Below are positions 18,144-29,130 of a DNA stretch of 64,000 bases, in pieces. Below the pieces are notes generated by a model. The model searched no databases. It was given only the letters and a program-made list of their open reading frames with translations, and was not told the origin of the DNA. Positions within the stretch are counted from its first letter, which is position 1, and the number at the start of each line of letters is the position of its first letter. Origin of the DNA: an uncultured Candidatus Saccharibacteria bacterium (lineage in GTDB: Bacteria > Patescibacteriota > Minisyncoccia > Phycocordibacterales > Zambryskibacteraceae). A program made the translations under genes and the position numbers. The stretch is from positions 18,823 through 82,822 of the forward strand of contig CAZFAS010000001.1 in the NCBI GenBank assembly GCA_964516975.1, given 5' to 3'.

Positions 18144-18803
18144 ATGAGATGCTACACTTTCGCTGGTGGGGAATTCAAGCCTGGTATTGATGTAATTCAA
18201 GACCAGGGCACACATGCAATCCTTCTCGGTGACAAAATCGCTGAGCGAGGAGAGCGACTTCTTCTTCACCTTGATCAGGTGAATCTTCCCGAACTGAAGG
18301 ATGGAATGGTACATGAAGCTTCTCTCACTGAGAGATTTTTCATGGGAACCAACCACACTGTCATTTCAGGATCACCGTCATCTGAAAAGGGTGTCATTAT
18401 TCGTGCCAATGCAAGCACGAATGCAAAGTCGCGTGTTGCATGTCGAAGTGGTATCTTCCTGAAAAAAGGAGATCAAAAGGCCTCAATCCCGACAGAAATT
18501 GCTTCAGGACTTGTTCCTCATTTTTCTGAAGATGAGGAATTCATTGGCTTCGCTGTCGATGGTGTCTTTCAGCTTTTGGAGGGTACCCATCTTGTGGTAA
18601 GGCCATTTGGTGTCAAACATGATGACTATGAAAAGCAGATTGTCATCGTGTGTAGGATTGAGGATGGAATCGCTATCGCGAAGAAGTATTCATTTGCTAA
18701 GTTTCGCGAGTCTGTAAGGAAGTCGACTCCGATTACTGTGGTGGATGATCACAGGAATCATCCTCTTCGTATGACTAGGCTCCAAGCAACTTCTGTGCAC
18801 TAA
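18144..18803 (+). CDS. hypothetical protein (intermediate GC)
   Basis: 219-aa ORF with no recognised motif. A strong terminator follows. Confidence 0.4.
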   Translation: MRCYTFAGGEFKPGIDVIQDQGTHAILLGDKIAERGERLLLHLDQVNLPELKDGMVHEASLTERFFMGTNHTVISGSPSSEKGVIIRANASTNAKSRVACRSGIFLKKGDQKASIPTEIASGLVPHFSEDEEFIGFAVDGVFQLLEGTHLVVRPFGVKHDDYEKQIVIVCRIEDGIAIAKKYSFAKFRESVRKSTPITVVDDHRNHPLRMTRLQATSVH

Positions 18804-18813
18804 TCTCTCGAAA

Positions 18814-18852
18814 CGCCCCGTCCCGCAAAACTGCGGGACGGGGCTTATTTTT
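18814..18852 (+). terminator. rho-independent terminator (cgccccgtcccgc / gcgggacggggc)
   Basis: 12-bp GC stem followed by TTATTTTT. Confidence 0.7.
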
Positions 18853-19189
18853 ACAAAATTATCTGGTCAATCTTTGAAGCAAGTATGTAATCATTGTCAG
18901 AGAGTCCTCCGATAGCATGTGTAGTTAGAGAAAGTTTTACTTTATTCCATCCAAAAAGAAGAATATCCGGATGATGATTTTCTTGTTCTGCGATTTCTGC
19001 GACTTTGTTTATGAATTGGATAGCTTGTGCGAAATCTTTAAAAAGTAATATTTTTTCTATAGAAATGTCTTCATTCAAGTGCCATTCATTAATTCTCTTT
19101 AGGTGTTCAAGATTACTTGGTGTACTAAACTTCGGTACGTTTCCTTCACAAGGGACACAATGCTTTTGGTAGAGAGGAATATCACTCAT
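18851..19189 (-). CDS. pterin-4a-carbinolamine dehydratase (PCD/DCoH)
   Basis: EWHLNEDISIEK, ENHHPDILLFGWNKVKLSLTTHAIGGLSDNDYILASKID (the HHPD catalytic motif). Its ATG overlaps the LOG stop (TAATG). Confidence 0.75.
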   Translation of the reverse strand: MSDIPLYQKHCVPCEGNVPKFSTPSNLEHLKRINEWHLNEDISIEKILLFKDFAQAIQFINKVAEIAEQENHHPDILLFGWNKVKLSLTTHAIGGLSDNDYILASKIDQIIL

Positions 19190-19947
19190 TATTCGATTGG
19201 GTTAACTTTGAGTCCATCATAAGGAAGCATTCTGCGTATTGGAGCATTTTTAATTAATGAAATAATTTCGGTATCATCCTCAATGATATGAAAAAGATCT
19301 AGATCTTCAGCTTCGATCGTTCCACGAGAAAGTAATGTATGTTTGAAAAACTCGAGTACTTCTGTCCAATAGTCCTTACCAACAAGGATGACAGGAACTC
19401 TCGGAACTTTATGTGTTTGGAGTAATGTGACTATTTCTGCGAATTCATCGAGAGTTCCGAATCCTCCAGGGAAGAAAAGGAATGCCTCTGCAGAATATGC
19501 AAGACACACCTTTCTACTAAAGAAATAATAAAAATCCACATGATTTGTTAAGTATTGATTCATCACTTGCTCTCGAGGTAATCGGATTGTAAGTCCGATA
19601 GAGTTTCCTCCCGCTTCTTTTGCGCCTCGGTTTGCAGCTTCCATGATCCCAGGACCACCTCCACTTACAACTGTGTAGCCGAGATCCTTGACTATCCTTT
19701 TTGCCAATTCACGAGCATGAATATAGTACGGATGATCCTCTTTGAATCGTGTTGAACCAAAGAATGTTACTGATCTTGGGTAGCCTTCTAGAAACTGGAA
19801 TCCCTGACTGAATTCTCGGGATATTTCATAAATGCGTTCTACTGTTGCTTCCTGCATATCCGCAATACTAATAGGGTTTGGAGTCAGGAATTTTGTTGAA
19901 ATGTTTACAATTTTTTGTTCGTCCATGTATCTATAGTAGTCTCTCAA
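19189..19947 (-). CDS. LOG-family protein (TIGR00730; cytokinin-riboside-5'-phosphate phosphoribohydrolase-like Rossmann fold)
   Basis: VTFFGSTRF, GYTVVSGGGPGIMEAANRGA and PGGFGTLDEFAEI are LOG signatures. Confidence 0.8.
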   Translation of the reverse strand: MRDYYRYMDEQKIVNISTKFLTPNPISIADMQEATVERIYEISREFSQGFQFLEGYPRSVTFFGSTRFKEDHPYYIHARELAKRIVKDLGYTVVSGGGPGIMEAANRGAKEAGGNSIGLTIRLPREQVMNQYLTNHVDFYYFFSRKVCLAYSAEAFLFFPGGFGTLDEFAEIVTLLQTHKVPRVPVILVGKDYWTEVLEFFKHTLLSRGTIEAEDLDLFHIIEDDTEIISLIKNAPIRRMLPYDGLKVNPIE

Positions 19948-20029
19948 AAGCTCTTTTGCAATAAAATGTCAGTCTTTTACATTTAGTCTGTCATTGTTAT
20001 ACTAGTGTCATACAATATAAATATTTACT

Positions 20030-20527
20030 ATGCAAAAAATGAACAAAAAAACATGGATTGCTGTTACTGTTGCAATCTTTGTTGTAGGATTTTTCATGTT
20101 CGGGGGAGATATTATTGGTTTTTTCCAAGGAAAAGATACCACTCAAGTTGCATCAACTGAAAATGCTACGAATTTCATGCCTCAAAGTGTGGTGGTACAG
20201 GATGTCGTGACTGGCACTGGTGATGAAGTTGTGAATGGGGCACTACTTAGTGTTCATTATGTTGGTATGCTTTCAGACGGAAAAGTATTCGACAGTTCTC
20301 TAGCGAGAAGACAGCCATTTGAGTTTATTTATGGTGGTGGTCAGGTTATTTCTGGTTTGGAGCAGGGTATGGCTGGTATGAAGGTTGGAGGAAAGAGAAG
20401 AATCGTTATTCCACCAAGTCTCGGATATGGAGATAAAGATGCTGGACCGATACCTGCTAATTCAACGATCATTTTTGATATTGAACTTCTAAAGGTTACA
20501 AAACCGACCGGGTCAATCCAACGATAA
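20030..20527 (+). CDS. FKBP-type peptidyl-prolyl cis-trans isomerase with an N-terminal membrane anchor/signal
   Basis: LSVHYVGMLSDGKVFDSS...PFEFIYGGGQVISGLEQGMAGMKVGGKRRIVIPPSLGYG...IIFDIELLKV. Confidence 0.85.
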   Translation: MQKMNKKTWIAVTVAIFVVGFFMFGGDIIGFFQGKDTTQVASTENATNFMPQSVVVQDVVTGTGDEVVNGALLSVHYVGMLSDGKVFDSSLARRQPFEFIYGGGQVISGLEQGMAGMKVGGKRRIVIPPSLGYGDKDAGPIPANSTIIFDIELLKVTKPTGSIQR

Positions 20528-20536
20528 ATATATTAC

Positions 20537-20572
20537 AAAACCACATCGTGTATACACGATGTGGTTTTGTAA
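20537..20572 (+). terminator. rho-independent terminator (perfect 14-bp palindrome aaccacatcgtgta/tacacgatgtggtt)
   Basis: Hairpin followed by TTTTGT. Confidence 0.65.
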
Positions 20573-20588
20573 TTAGTGATATTTATGT

Positions 20589-21809
20589 TTGTATTATGGT
20601 ATGAAGCCACTATCATTTCGTATAGTAAAGAAAATCGACGGAGCTCTCGGTAGAGCTGGTGTGATAACAACAGCGCATGGTGAAATACAAACCCCTGCCT
20701 TTGTTACGGTGGGGACAAAGGCTACAGTTAAGGCGGTTACACCAGAACAAGTAAAGGGTCTTGGAGCGCAGGTCGTGCTTGCAAATACATATCATCTTTA
20801 TCTTCAGCCGGGAGATGAACTTGTAAAAAATGCTGGCGGACTAGGAAAGTTTATGAATTGGTCGGGTCCTACTATGACTGACTCAGGAGGATTCCAAGTA
20901 TTTTCACTCGGAGCCGCGTATGGAAAAGATATTTCTAAAATAACAAAAATTACTGACCCAAGTCTTCTTATCCCTGAGAGATCAATTGATCTAGAGTCAC
21001 CACCACTCGCAAAAATTGGCGCTGATGGGGTTTCATTTCGATCTCATCTTGATGGATCACTTCACTATATAAACCCTGAGAAGTCTATTGAGATACAACA
21101 CAATCTTGGTGCGGATATTATATTTGCATTTGATGAATGTACTTCACCAGCAGAATCACTTGTGTATCAAGAAGAGGCACTGAATAGAACTCATAGATGG
21201 GCAAAGAGAAGTCTGGATTATCACAAATCAAGACCAGAATCAGAGAAACAAGCACTCTTTGGTATTGTGCAGGGTGGAAGAGATGAGAATCTTCGAAAAA
21301 ATAGTGCACGTGAGATATCAGCAATGGATTTTGATGGTTTCGGCATCGGTGGATCATTTGCGAAAGAAGACATGAATAGTGCAGTGAGGTGGGTGAATGA
21401 AGTTTTGCCGGAGGATAAGCCGAGACACTTGCTCGGTATCGGTGAACCTGAGGATCTTTTTATGGGGGTGGAGCAGGGAGTGGATCTTTTTGATTGTGTC
21501 GCACCAACGCGAAATGCAAGAAATGGAACTCTGTATACCAAACAAGGGAAAATAAATATCTTAAATGCACAATATGTAAAAGATGTAAATCCGATCGACA
21601 GTGAGTGCTCATGCTATACCTGCTCACATTATACTCGCTCGTATATCGCGCATCTGTTTCGTGCAAAGGAAATGCTAGCGGGAACACTCGCAACTATCCA
21701 TAACTTGCACTTCATTATTTCACTTGTAGATACAATGAGGGAAGCGATTATTAATGAGAAATTTCAAGATTTTAAAAGTGCATTTTTGGATGAATACCAG
21801 CATAATTAA
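20589..21809 (+). CDS. tgt: queuine tRNA-ribosyltransferase
   Basis: LANTYHLYLQPG, TDSGGFQV, the catalytic DEC, and the zinc site CSCYTCSHYTRSYIAHL. Confidence 0.9.
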   Translation: MYYGMKPLSFRIVKKIDGALGRAGVITTAHGEIQTPAFVTVGTKATVKAVTPEQVKGLGAQVVLANTYHLYLQPGDELVKNAGGLGKFMNWSGPTMTDSGGFQVFSLGAAYGKDISKITKITDPSLLIPERSIDLESPPLAKIGADGVSFRSHLDGSLHYINPEKSIEIQHNLGADIIFAFDECTSPAESLVYQEEALNRTHRWAKRSLDYHKSRPESEKQALFGIVQGGRDENLRKNSAREISAMDFDGFGIGGSFAKEDMNSAVRWVNEVLPEDKPRHLLGIGEPEDLFMGVEQGVDLFDCVAPTRNARNGTLYTKQGKINILNAQYVKDVNPIDSECSCYTCSHYTRSYIAHLFRAKEMLAGTLATIHNLHFIISLVDTMREAIINEKFQDFKSAFLDEYQHN

Positions 21810-21884
21810 TTTTTGTATATTGACATACAATATATTAGTGCTATAATTTGAAAACTGTTCTTTAAACCCTTTCCATGGTGAGTA

Positions 21885-22292
21885 ATGCGCATTTTTTTGA
21901 TGGTTCTGGTCTTTCTCGGAAGTTTTTCACTTTCGGGGTGCATCGAAGTTAACAAGTACTACCCAACTGAACCGGTAGAGGCAAAGCTGGTCCTGCCGGC
22001 TTTCGATCCGGCGACAATCGTACTTTCAACAACGACTAGCGTAGAGTACTTGCAGGCAATCACGGTTGTTCCGCCTACGGGCGTGAACGTATGTGATGAC
22101 GTGATGTGGACCATTGTTGGTTCATCGATTCAGGAATCGGCAAGAATTTGTGAGAGATACCCAGATGGGAGCACTCGGATCGCGACTTCATTCCATACTC
22201 GTGCCCCGGGTGAGTCGAGAATTACCCTCACTCCCAAAAGCAATCCGAAGGGTGCAACTACCCTCCGGATCATCGTCAACGAAAAGGGATAA
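21885..22292 (+). CDS. small lipoprotein (hypothetical)
   Basis: Signal peptide plus lipobox LSGC. 135 aa, GC about 50%. A hairpin terminator follows. Confidence 0.45.
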   Translation: MRIFLMVLVFLGSFSLSGCIEVNKYYPTEPVEAKLVLPAFDPATIVLSTTTSVEYLQAITVVPPTGVNVCDDVMWTIVGSSIQESARICERYPDGSTRIATSFHTRAPGESRITLTPKSNPKGATTLRIIVNEKG

Positions 22293-22297
22293 TTGTA

Positions 22298-22327
22298 GCC
22301 GCAGGTCTATATGACCTGCGGCTTTTC
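22298..22327 (+). terminator. rho-independent terminator (ccgcaggtc/gacctgcgg)
   Basis: 9-bp stem, 5-nt loop, TTTTCG tail. Confidence 0.55.
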
Positions 22328-22598
22328 GTATCTATTGACATATATTGCATATGTGCTATTTTATAAAAGCATGAATAATTTCAGAGCACATACAAATAGT
22401 TTCGCTAAAAAGCACGAGTATAAGGCCCACACTCTCGTTGCTTATTTAGCCTAGCTGTTGTTATGTACATTATTCACATCTCTACACAAAAACGTCTCGG
22501 CTAGGTAAGCAGGGACGTTTTTTGTTTACCTAGGTTTGTTCTTTCACACATATGGTTGCTCTACCGTGGACATTGTCCAAAAAGAGCAGGAGTTTCAA

Positions 22599-23414
22599 AT
22601 GTCTGGTACAGAGAAGAAGTATCGCATTCTTGTAATTGAGGATAAACCCAGTAATCAGGAATCTGCAAGAAAGACTTTGGCAGGTCATGAAGTGACAATT
22701 ATCTCGAGTTTTGATGAGGCAATGGACATCATGTCAGTCAGGTACGACGAAGATAAGGTTGCAGAAATTCTATTTGCTGCAGGATTCCTTACTTTACCAG
22801 CACATGTACCAATTGACGTCAGGATTGCCTATAATAAGGCAACAAAGGAAGCTGAAAGTCAGTCAATCATACCATTCGAGTTTGATGTTGTGTTAACGGA
22901 TATGATGATGCCTGCAAGTTTAAGGACACTCGGTCCAAACGTAATCGATGATTTACGCAAACAGGTTCCATACGGGTTTATTATTGCACTTCGTGCATCA
23001 ATGATGCCGAGCGTAAAGTTTATTGCGATGGTCACTGATACAAATCATCATCAAGGTGTGATGAGTGCAGCACTCGATAACATCAGTAATGCATACTACC
23101 ACAAGGGATTCAAGCCAAACTTTGTTATTAATGGTAAGACAGTTATGTTTGTGCATTCTCCATTTATTTCTGAGGAAATTGGCTTAGGACCTTGTACTTG
23201 GTGCAAGGGTACTGGTGTTTGCGATACTTGCAATGGAAGGGGTGACTTTTATGGGAGAATATGTAGTTGTGTAGAAAAAGTTGGGCTTGGTATTTGTTCG
23301 TTCTGTAAGGGTACAAAGCAGAGTATGCAGAAGGAAGACCGAAAAGATTGGGGCACTGTGCTTCGTGACCTGACTGGAGGTGCCTGGTCAGAAAGTGAAC
23401 TGAGTGAAGAGTAG
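22599..23414 (+). CDS. receiver (REC)-like domain fused to a Cys-rich CxxCxGxG (DnaJ-type) zinc-finger tail
   Basis: KKYRILVIEDKPSNQ...VLTDMMMP gives a CheY-like acid pocket and phospho-Asp context. The C-terminus reads CTWCKGTGVCDTCNGRGDFYGRICSCVEKVGLGICSFCKGTKQ. The start was chosen at MSGTEKK. Confidence 0.45.
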   Translation: MSGTEKKYRILVIEDKPSNQESARKTLAGHEVTIISSFDEAMDIMSVRYDEDKVAEILFAAGFLTLPAHVPIDVRIAYNKATKEAESQSIIPFEFDVVLTDMMMPASLRTLGPNVIDDLRKQVPYGFIIALRASMMPSVKFIAMVTDTNHHQGVMSAALDNISNAYYHKGFKPNFVINGKTVMFVHSPFISEEIGLGPCTWCKGTGVCDTCNGRGDFYGRICSCVEKVGLGICSFCKGTKQSMQKEDRKDWGTVLRDLTGGAWSESELSEE

Positions 23415-23441
23415 ACAAACTCTGTTAACAATCAAAGTGAG

Positions 23442-23477
23442 CCCCGGAGCGCGTAGCGCTCCGGGGTTTTTGTTTTG
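23442..23477 (+). terminator. rho-independent terminator (ccccggagcgc gta gcgctccgggg)
   Basis: 11-bp GC stem followed by TTTTTGTTTTG. Confidence 0.7.
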
Positions 23478-23516
23478 TATTTTCATATTATGGCGTTCTC
23501 TGTATACTAGGATTCA

Positions 23517-25553
23517 ATGAGAGGAAGCCAAAAATTCAAAATCCGCACAGAGCATAAGCCGGCTGGAGATCAGCCAAAAGCTATTTCTGCGCTTGTCGAT
23601 GGTATCAGCAAAGGTCTGCAATATCAGACTCTATTAGGTGTGACAGGTTCAGGAAAAACATTTACAGCGGCAAATGTGATTGAAGCAGTGGGAAAGCCGA
23701 CACTTGTAATCGCACACAATAAGACTCTTGCTGCTCAGCTTGCTCAAGAGTACAAGGAATTTTTCCCAGACAATGCTGTGCACTATTTTGTATCGTATTA
23801 CGACTACTATCAGCCAGAAGCGTATATGCCTGTTACTGACACGTATATTGAAAAGGAAGCGCAGATAAATGAAGAGATAGAAAGACTTCGTCATGCTTCG
23901 ACACAGGCACTCTTAACGCGAAGTGATGTTATTGTGGTTGCATCGGTATCGTGTATTTACGGTTTGGGAAGTCCTATTGAATATGAAAAAGTAAATTTAA
24001 AGATCGCAAAGCGAGATAAGATTTCTCGCACAGATTTTATTCGAAAATTAGTGAACATTCATTTCGAGCGAACAAATGCAGATTTAACTCCTGGGACATT
24101 TAGAGCGCTCGGTAACGCCATAGAGATTATGCCTGTGTCTGAGAAAGTTGTATATCGTATTGAGATTAGTGGAAGTGAAATCGATACGATACAAAAGATT
24201 GATTCTGTTTCGAGAACAATATTAAAAGACATCGACGTGTTTTATTTGTTCCCAGCAAAACATTTTATTACTGCACCAAGTGAGCTTGAGCGAGCAATGA
24301 AAGAGATAAAGCGAGAACTTGATATACAACTTAAGAAATTTGATAAAGAAGGAAAGTTGCTTGAGGCTGAGCGACTGAAAAGAAGAACTTCATATGATCT
24401 TGCAATGATTCGTGAGATTGGCTATTGCTCGGGTATCGAAAATTATTCGAGACATTTTGCTGGTAAAAGGGAAGGAGAAGCTCCAGATACACTTCTTTCG
24501 TATTTTCCACATAAATCAGATGGTACGCCAGATTTCCTTACTATTATTGATGAATCCCATGTGAGTATTCCACAAATTGGAGCTATGTATAACGGGGATC
24601 AAGCAAGAAAACAGACGCTTGTAGAGCATGGCTTTAGATTACCGAGTGCAAAGGATAATAGACCATTACAGTTTCACGAATTTGAAGAAAGAGTTGGTCA
24701 AGTTATTTTCACTTCCGCCACACCTGGTAAATATGAAAAAGAAAAAAGTGAGCAAGTTGTTGAACAGGTGATTCGTCCAACCGGACTTGTCGATCCGGTG
24801 GTAGCAGTACGTCCAATTCAGGAAAAAGGTGCATATAAAGGCCAGATACTAGACTTTATTAGTGAAGCAGAAAAGACTATTGAAAAAGGTGGGAGAGTTA
24901 TTGCTACGACACTTACGAAAAAAATGGCTGAGGATCTGAGTGAGTATCTAAAGGAAAAAAAGATAGAAGCAAAGTATCTTCATAGTGATGTTAAAACAAT
25001 TGAAAGAATCGAGATTCTTACGGCATTTCGAAAGGGGGAGTTTGATTGTCTTGTTGGTGTAAATTTACTTCGAGAGGGCCTTGATTTGCCAGAGCTTTCA
25101 TTTATCGGGATACTTGATGCAGATAAAGAAGGTTTTTTACGATCTGAAACATCGCTTATTCAGATTATTGGACGAGCAGCACGAAATGTTAATGGAAGAG
25201 TGATACTGTATGCTGACACCATGACCGGATCTATGGAACGTGCGATCAGTGAAACAAATCGTAGAAGGACACTGCAACTCGAATACAATAAAAAACACGG
25301 TATTACTCCAAAAACTATTATCAAAAAGATTAAAGATATTACAGAAGAATTAAATCGTGAGCATGGAAAGGCGGTTGCAAGTCAACTTGCTATTGATGAT
25401 GTGATGTTTAAGAAAAATCCGCGTAAACTGATTCGTCAAAAGGAGTTACAGATGAATGCGGCGGTTAAAATCCTTGATTTCGAGTCTGCAGCGCTCTTGC
25501 GAGATGAGATTGCACAACTTGAAGCACGGTTAAAATCTGAAGGAACAAGATAA
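23517..25553 (+). CDS. uvrB: excinuclease ABC subunit B
   Basis: Helicase motifs GVTGSGKTF, DESH and the beta-hairpin region. The C-terminal UVR domain is DEIAQLEARL. Confidence 0.95.
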   Translation: MRGSQKFKIRTEHKPAGDQPKAISALVDGISKGLQYQTLLGVTGSGKTFTAANVIEAVGKPTLVIAHNKTLAAQLAQEYKEFFPDNAVHYFVSYYDYYQPEAYMPVTDTYIEKEAQINEEIERLRHASTQALLTRSDVIVVASVSCIYGLGSPIEYEKVNLKIAKRDKISRTDFIRKLVNIHFERTNADLTPGTFRALGNAIEIMPVSEKVVYRIEISGSEIDTIQKIDSVSRTILKDIDVFYLFPAKHFITAPSELERAMKEIKRELDIQLKKFDKEGKLLEAERLKRRTSYDLAMIREIGYCSGIENYSRHFAGKREGEAPDTLLSYFPHKSDGTPDFLTIIDESHVSIPQIGAMYNGDQARKQTLVEHGFRLPSAKDNRPLQFHEFEERVGQVIFTSATPGKYEKEKSEQVVEQVIRPTGLVDPVVAVRPIQEKGAYKGQILDFISEAEKTIEKGGRVIATTLTKKMAEDLSEYLKEKKIEAKYLHSDVKTIERIEILTAFRKGEFDCLVGVNLLREGLDLPELSFIGILDADKEGFLRSETSLIQIIGRAARNVNGRVILYADTMTGSMERAISETNRRRTLQLEYNKKHGITPKTIIKKIKDITEELNREHGKAVASQLAIDDVMFKKNPRKLIRQKELQMNAAVKILDFESAALLRDEIAQLEARLKSEGTR

Positions 25554-25556
25554 AAA

Positions 25557-25585
25557 ATCGCCACCTCGTAGAGGCGGCGATTTGA
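25557..25585. terminator. bidirectional terminator between uvrB (+) and a convergent lipoprotein gene (-)
   Basis: atcgccacctcgtagaggcggcgat, flanked by A-run and T-run. Confidence 0.6.
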
Positions 25586-25591
25586 ATTATT

Positions 25592-26299
25592 TCAGTCTCG
25601 AATTGTCATCTGTGCGTATTCTTCGGGACTAATACCAAGCTCTTTTGCGCTGAGCTTGAAGTCCTTAATGAAATTATTGAGACCCATATCACATGGCCAG
25701 CATTCAAGCAGGGCACCATTGTTAGCAGCAAGGTCGCCACTCATTATCCTGCTTGCGAATTCGTGAACTGTGCTATAGCTAAAGCCAAATGCTAGCGGAT
25801 CAAGCCCAACCTCATCTATAAGAAGGATTAGACTTTGCATTGTACCTAAAGCGTAGTCATCGCATAACATAGTTACGGCAGGTTCCTGTGTTACGTTCTC
25901 TGCATTTGGCTTTGTTTGGATGATCTCATGAGCTGCTTGTGCTAAGTTCTTTTCAATGTGTTCTAGGATTTCCGCACTATCAATAGGGATGGAATCTTTC
26001 CACTCACTTTTTCTTGCAATCATGTTTCGAACACCCACCCATTCTGTCGCTCTTTCCTTGCTACTACATAGATCACTACCAATTTTTGTAACACCGAATG
26101 CAATTGAGTCAGCTGAGAGGTTTTCCTTCACAACAAATTTCAAGAGTTCTATTGAGTCGCTTTTGGCTCGAAGATGCAATACTGGTGATGCATCAACCAT
26201 AACTTCTGGTGTCGTATCATTTTTGTCATTACTGTTATAACCACAGCAAGACATGATGATAACAACAGATCCTGTTAGAAGTAATGATATCGCCTTCAT
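25592..26299 (-). CDS. lipoprotein (hypothetical)
   Basis: Signal peptide with Cys (LLLTGSVVIIMSCCGYN). 235 aa, no recognised domain. Confidence 0.5.
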   Translation of the reverse strand: MKAISLLLTGSVVIIMSCCGYNSNDKNDTTPEVMVDASPVLHLRAKSDSIELLKFVVKENLSADSIAFGVTKIGSDLCSSKERATEWVGVRNMIARKSEWKDSIPIDSAEILEHIEKNLAQAAHEIIQTKPNAENVTQEPAVTMLCDDYALGTMQSLILLIDEVGLDPLAFGFSYSTVHEFASRIMSGDLAANNGALLECWPCDMGLNNFIKDFKLSAKELGISPEEYAQMTIRD

Positions 26300-26456
26300 A
26301 CTTACTCCTGGTATGTGTGGGATGTACTAAAAAGGGCATTCCGAGAATTAAAATATAAGTATTTTATATATCAGTCAAACGAGTAGTGCCTATTTCGAAA
26401 GATTATGTATAATATGGTTTCACCCCCCCAATGTCTTGAAAAGGGGACATTTTTCT

Positions 26457-29096
26457 ATGGAAAAACATACAAAACAGTTGAAATCCGATGAAAAGATTGT
26501 GGTGAAAGGTGCTCGTACGCACAATCTTAAAAACATTACAGTAGAAATGCCACGAAATAAGATGGTGGTTTTTACTGGTTTATCAGGATCAGGAAAATCA
26601 TCACTCGCATTCGATACTATTTTTGCTGAGGGGCAGCGAAGATACGTTGAGTCGCTTTCATCGTACGCTCGTCAGTTCCTACGACAGATGCAAAAACCAG
26701 ATGTAGATGAAATCCAAGGTCTTTCTCCTGCTATTTCAATCGATCAAAAATCAAGATCAAATAATCCGCGTTCAACCGTTGCAACAATAACCGAGATTTA
26801 TGACTACCTCAGAATTTTATTTGCGCGTGTTGGTCACCCGCATTGTTTGATATGTGGCGAAGAGATCAAAAGACTTTCAAATGAAGAAATAAAGAACTTT
26901 ATATTAGAGAAAATATGGGAAAAGAATGAATCATTAGCGAAAGAGAAGCGCTCGATCGATTTTCCATATTATGCTGAAATTTTTGCGCCAGTAGTTCGTG
27001 GAAGAAAAGGGGAATATTACCAGCTTCTCTATGATCTTCTTGGTAAGGGATATACAGAAGTAATGATTGATGGCTCAAGAAAGAAGCTTCGGGATCAGAT
27101 CATACTTTCAAAAACAAAACGACATGATATTGATGTTCTTGTAGATCAGATCAATGTAGCTGATTTCAAAGATGATGAAAGAAATGCTGAAGAAAGACTT
27201 TCTGAGTCGCTTGAAAAGGCGCTTTCCGAGTCTGATGGTCTTGTAAAGATAGTCTTTCGAGATATGAAATTGAAAAAAGATGATAGTCCAGAAGAATTCC
27301 TTATGTCCTCGAAGTTGTCATGTCCAAATGATGGATATTCATACCCTGAAGTTGAACCACGACTCTTTTCATTCAATTCTCCATATGGAGCATGTCCAGA
27401 ATGTAATGGTCTTGGTACGCAACACTTCTTCGGAGAGGAGCCATGTACAAGATGTAAGGGAGCTAGGCTTCGTGATGAAGCTCTTCATGTGCTTATCGCT
27501 GGGAAAAATATTGTGGATGTCTCATCACTTTCTATTAAGGATGCGAAAGAGTATTTTGAAAAAGCAAAATTAACACCCCGCGAAAAAAATATTTCGAAAG
27601 TAGTTCTTAAGGAGATTGAGTCGAGGTTAGACTTCATGATTAATGTTGGTATTGAGTATTTATCACTCAGTCGTAGAGCCCACACGCTTTCAGGTGGTGA
27701 GGCACAAAGAATTAGACTAGCCTCACAACTTGGTTCAGGACTTGTCGGCGCACTCTATGTGCTCGATGAGCCAACAATCGGCCTTCATTCTAGAGATAAC
27801 GATCGACTCATTAGGACACTTTTAAATTTGAGGGATTTAGGAAATACAATCATCGTTGTAGAGCACGACGAAGATACTATTTACGCTTCTGATTATATTA
27901 TCGATATTGGACCTGGTGCAGGGGTGCATGGAGGAAGTGTTGTTGTGTCTGACTATCTAGATAAACTTCTCATGGCGAAGAAGAATGATAGTGGCTCGAG
28001 CACTCTTGCATATCTTCGAGGGGAGGATCAAATAGAAATTCCAGAAAAAAGAAAAACAACAGAAAAAGGTTCAATCAGTATTCGTGGAGGAAAAGTATTT
28101 AATATAAAAAATCTTAACATCGATGTGCCACTTGGTCGCATGATAGCAGTTACAGGAGTATCGGGATCCGGGAAGTCATCTTTTGTGTACGAGATACTCC
28201 ACAGAAATCTTCAGGCTCGATTTGATAGACGGTACAGAACAGCTGAAGTGTATAACTGTAAGACATTCACTGGTACAGAATATCTCGGAAGATCAATTTT
28301 GATTGATCAGTCGCCGATTGGAAGAACGCCTCGATCTAATCCTGCAACATATACCGGAGCTTTTACTTTTATTCGTGAACTGTTTGCCGAAACGAGTGAA
28401 GCGAGAGCGCGTGGGTGGAAGGCGAATCGATTTTCATTCAATGTGAAAGGAGGACGATGTGAGACATGTCAGGGAAATGGAGAAATCGAAGTTGAAATGC
28501 ACTTCTTACCGACTGTGTATGTGCCATGTGATGTATGTAATGGAAAGCGATTCATGAAGGAGACACTAGAAGTGAAATATAAAAAGAAAAGTATTTACGA
28601 TGTGCTTCGTATGACGGTAGAAGAAGCACTCGATTTCTTCGAAGATATTCCTGCAATTTATGACAGACTAAAGACGATGAATGAAGTGGGGCTTGGATAT
28701 CTTGAGCTTGGGCAATCTGCAACAACACTTTCTGGAGGAGAGGCTCAGCGCGTGAAAATATCTGCAGAACTGTATAGACCACACTTACAAAAGACAATGT
28801 ATCTACTTGATGAGCCAACTATCGGTTTGCATTATGATGATGTAAAAAAACTCATCGAGATCTTGCAAAAACTTGTTGATAAAGGTAACACTGTGCTTGT
28901 TATTGAACATAACCTTGATCTTATTAAAAGTGCAGATTATGTTATCGATATTGGACCTGAAGGTGGTGATGGTGGTGGTCAGATTGTTGCGAAGGGGACA
29001 CCAGAGGAAGTTGCAAATGTTGATAAGTCCTATACCGGACAATATTTACGAAAAGCACTGAAGCAAAGATCGAGGCGAACAAAAAAGGATGAATAA
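26457..29096 (+). CDS. uvrA: excinuclease ABC subunit A
   Basis: Two ABC modules ([26 protein letters not shown]; LSGGEAQR twice) and zinc modules (CPECNG...CTRCKG; CETCQGNG...CDVCNG). The ATG at 26457 is preceded by a GGGGA RBS. Confidence 0.95.
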   Translation: MEKHTKQLKSDEKIVVKGARTHNLKNITVEMPRNKMVVFTGLSGSGKSSLAFDTIFAEGQRRYVESLSSYARQFLRQMQKPDVDEIQGLSPAISIDQKSRSNNPRSTVATITEIYDYLRILFARVGHPHCLICGEEIKRLSNEEIKNFILEKIWEKNESLAKEKRSIDFPYYAEIFAPVVRGRKGEYYQLLYDLLGKGYTEVMIDGSRKKLRDQIILSKTKRHDIDVLVDQINVADFKDDERNAEERLSESLEKALSESDGLVKIVFRDMKLKKDDSPEEFLMSSKLSCPNDGYSYPEVEPRLFSFNSPYGACPECNGLGTQHFFGEEPCTRCKGARLRDEALHVLIAGKNIVDVSSLSIKDAKEYFEKAKLTPREKNISKVVLKEIESRLDFMINVGIEYLSLSRRAHTLSGGEAQRIRLASQLGSGLVGALYVLDEPTIGLHSRDNDRLIRTLLNLRDLGNTIIVVEHDEDTIYASDYIIDIGPGAGVHGGSVVVSDYLDKLLMAKKNDSGSSTLAYLRGEDQIEIPEKRKTTEKGSISIRGGKVFNIKNLNIDVPLGRMIAVTGVSGSGKSSFVYEILHRNLQARFDRRYRTAEVYNCKTFTGTEYLGRSILIDQSPIGRTPRSNPATYTGAFTFIRELFAETSEARARGWKANRFSFNVKGGRCETCQGNGEIEVEMHFLPTVYVPCDVCNGKRFMKETLEVKYKKKSIYDVLRMTVEEALDFFEDIPAIYDRLKTMNEVGLGYLELGQSATTLSGGEAQRVKISAELYRPHLQKTMYLLDEPTIGLHYDDVKKLIEILQKLVDKGNTVLVIEHNLDLIKSADYVIDIGPEGGDGGGQIVAKGTPEEVANVDKSYTGQYLRKALKQRSRRTKKDE

Positions 29097-29130
29097 AAGA
29101 ACGGCCGAGACAAAGTCTCGACCGTTTCTA

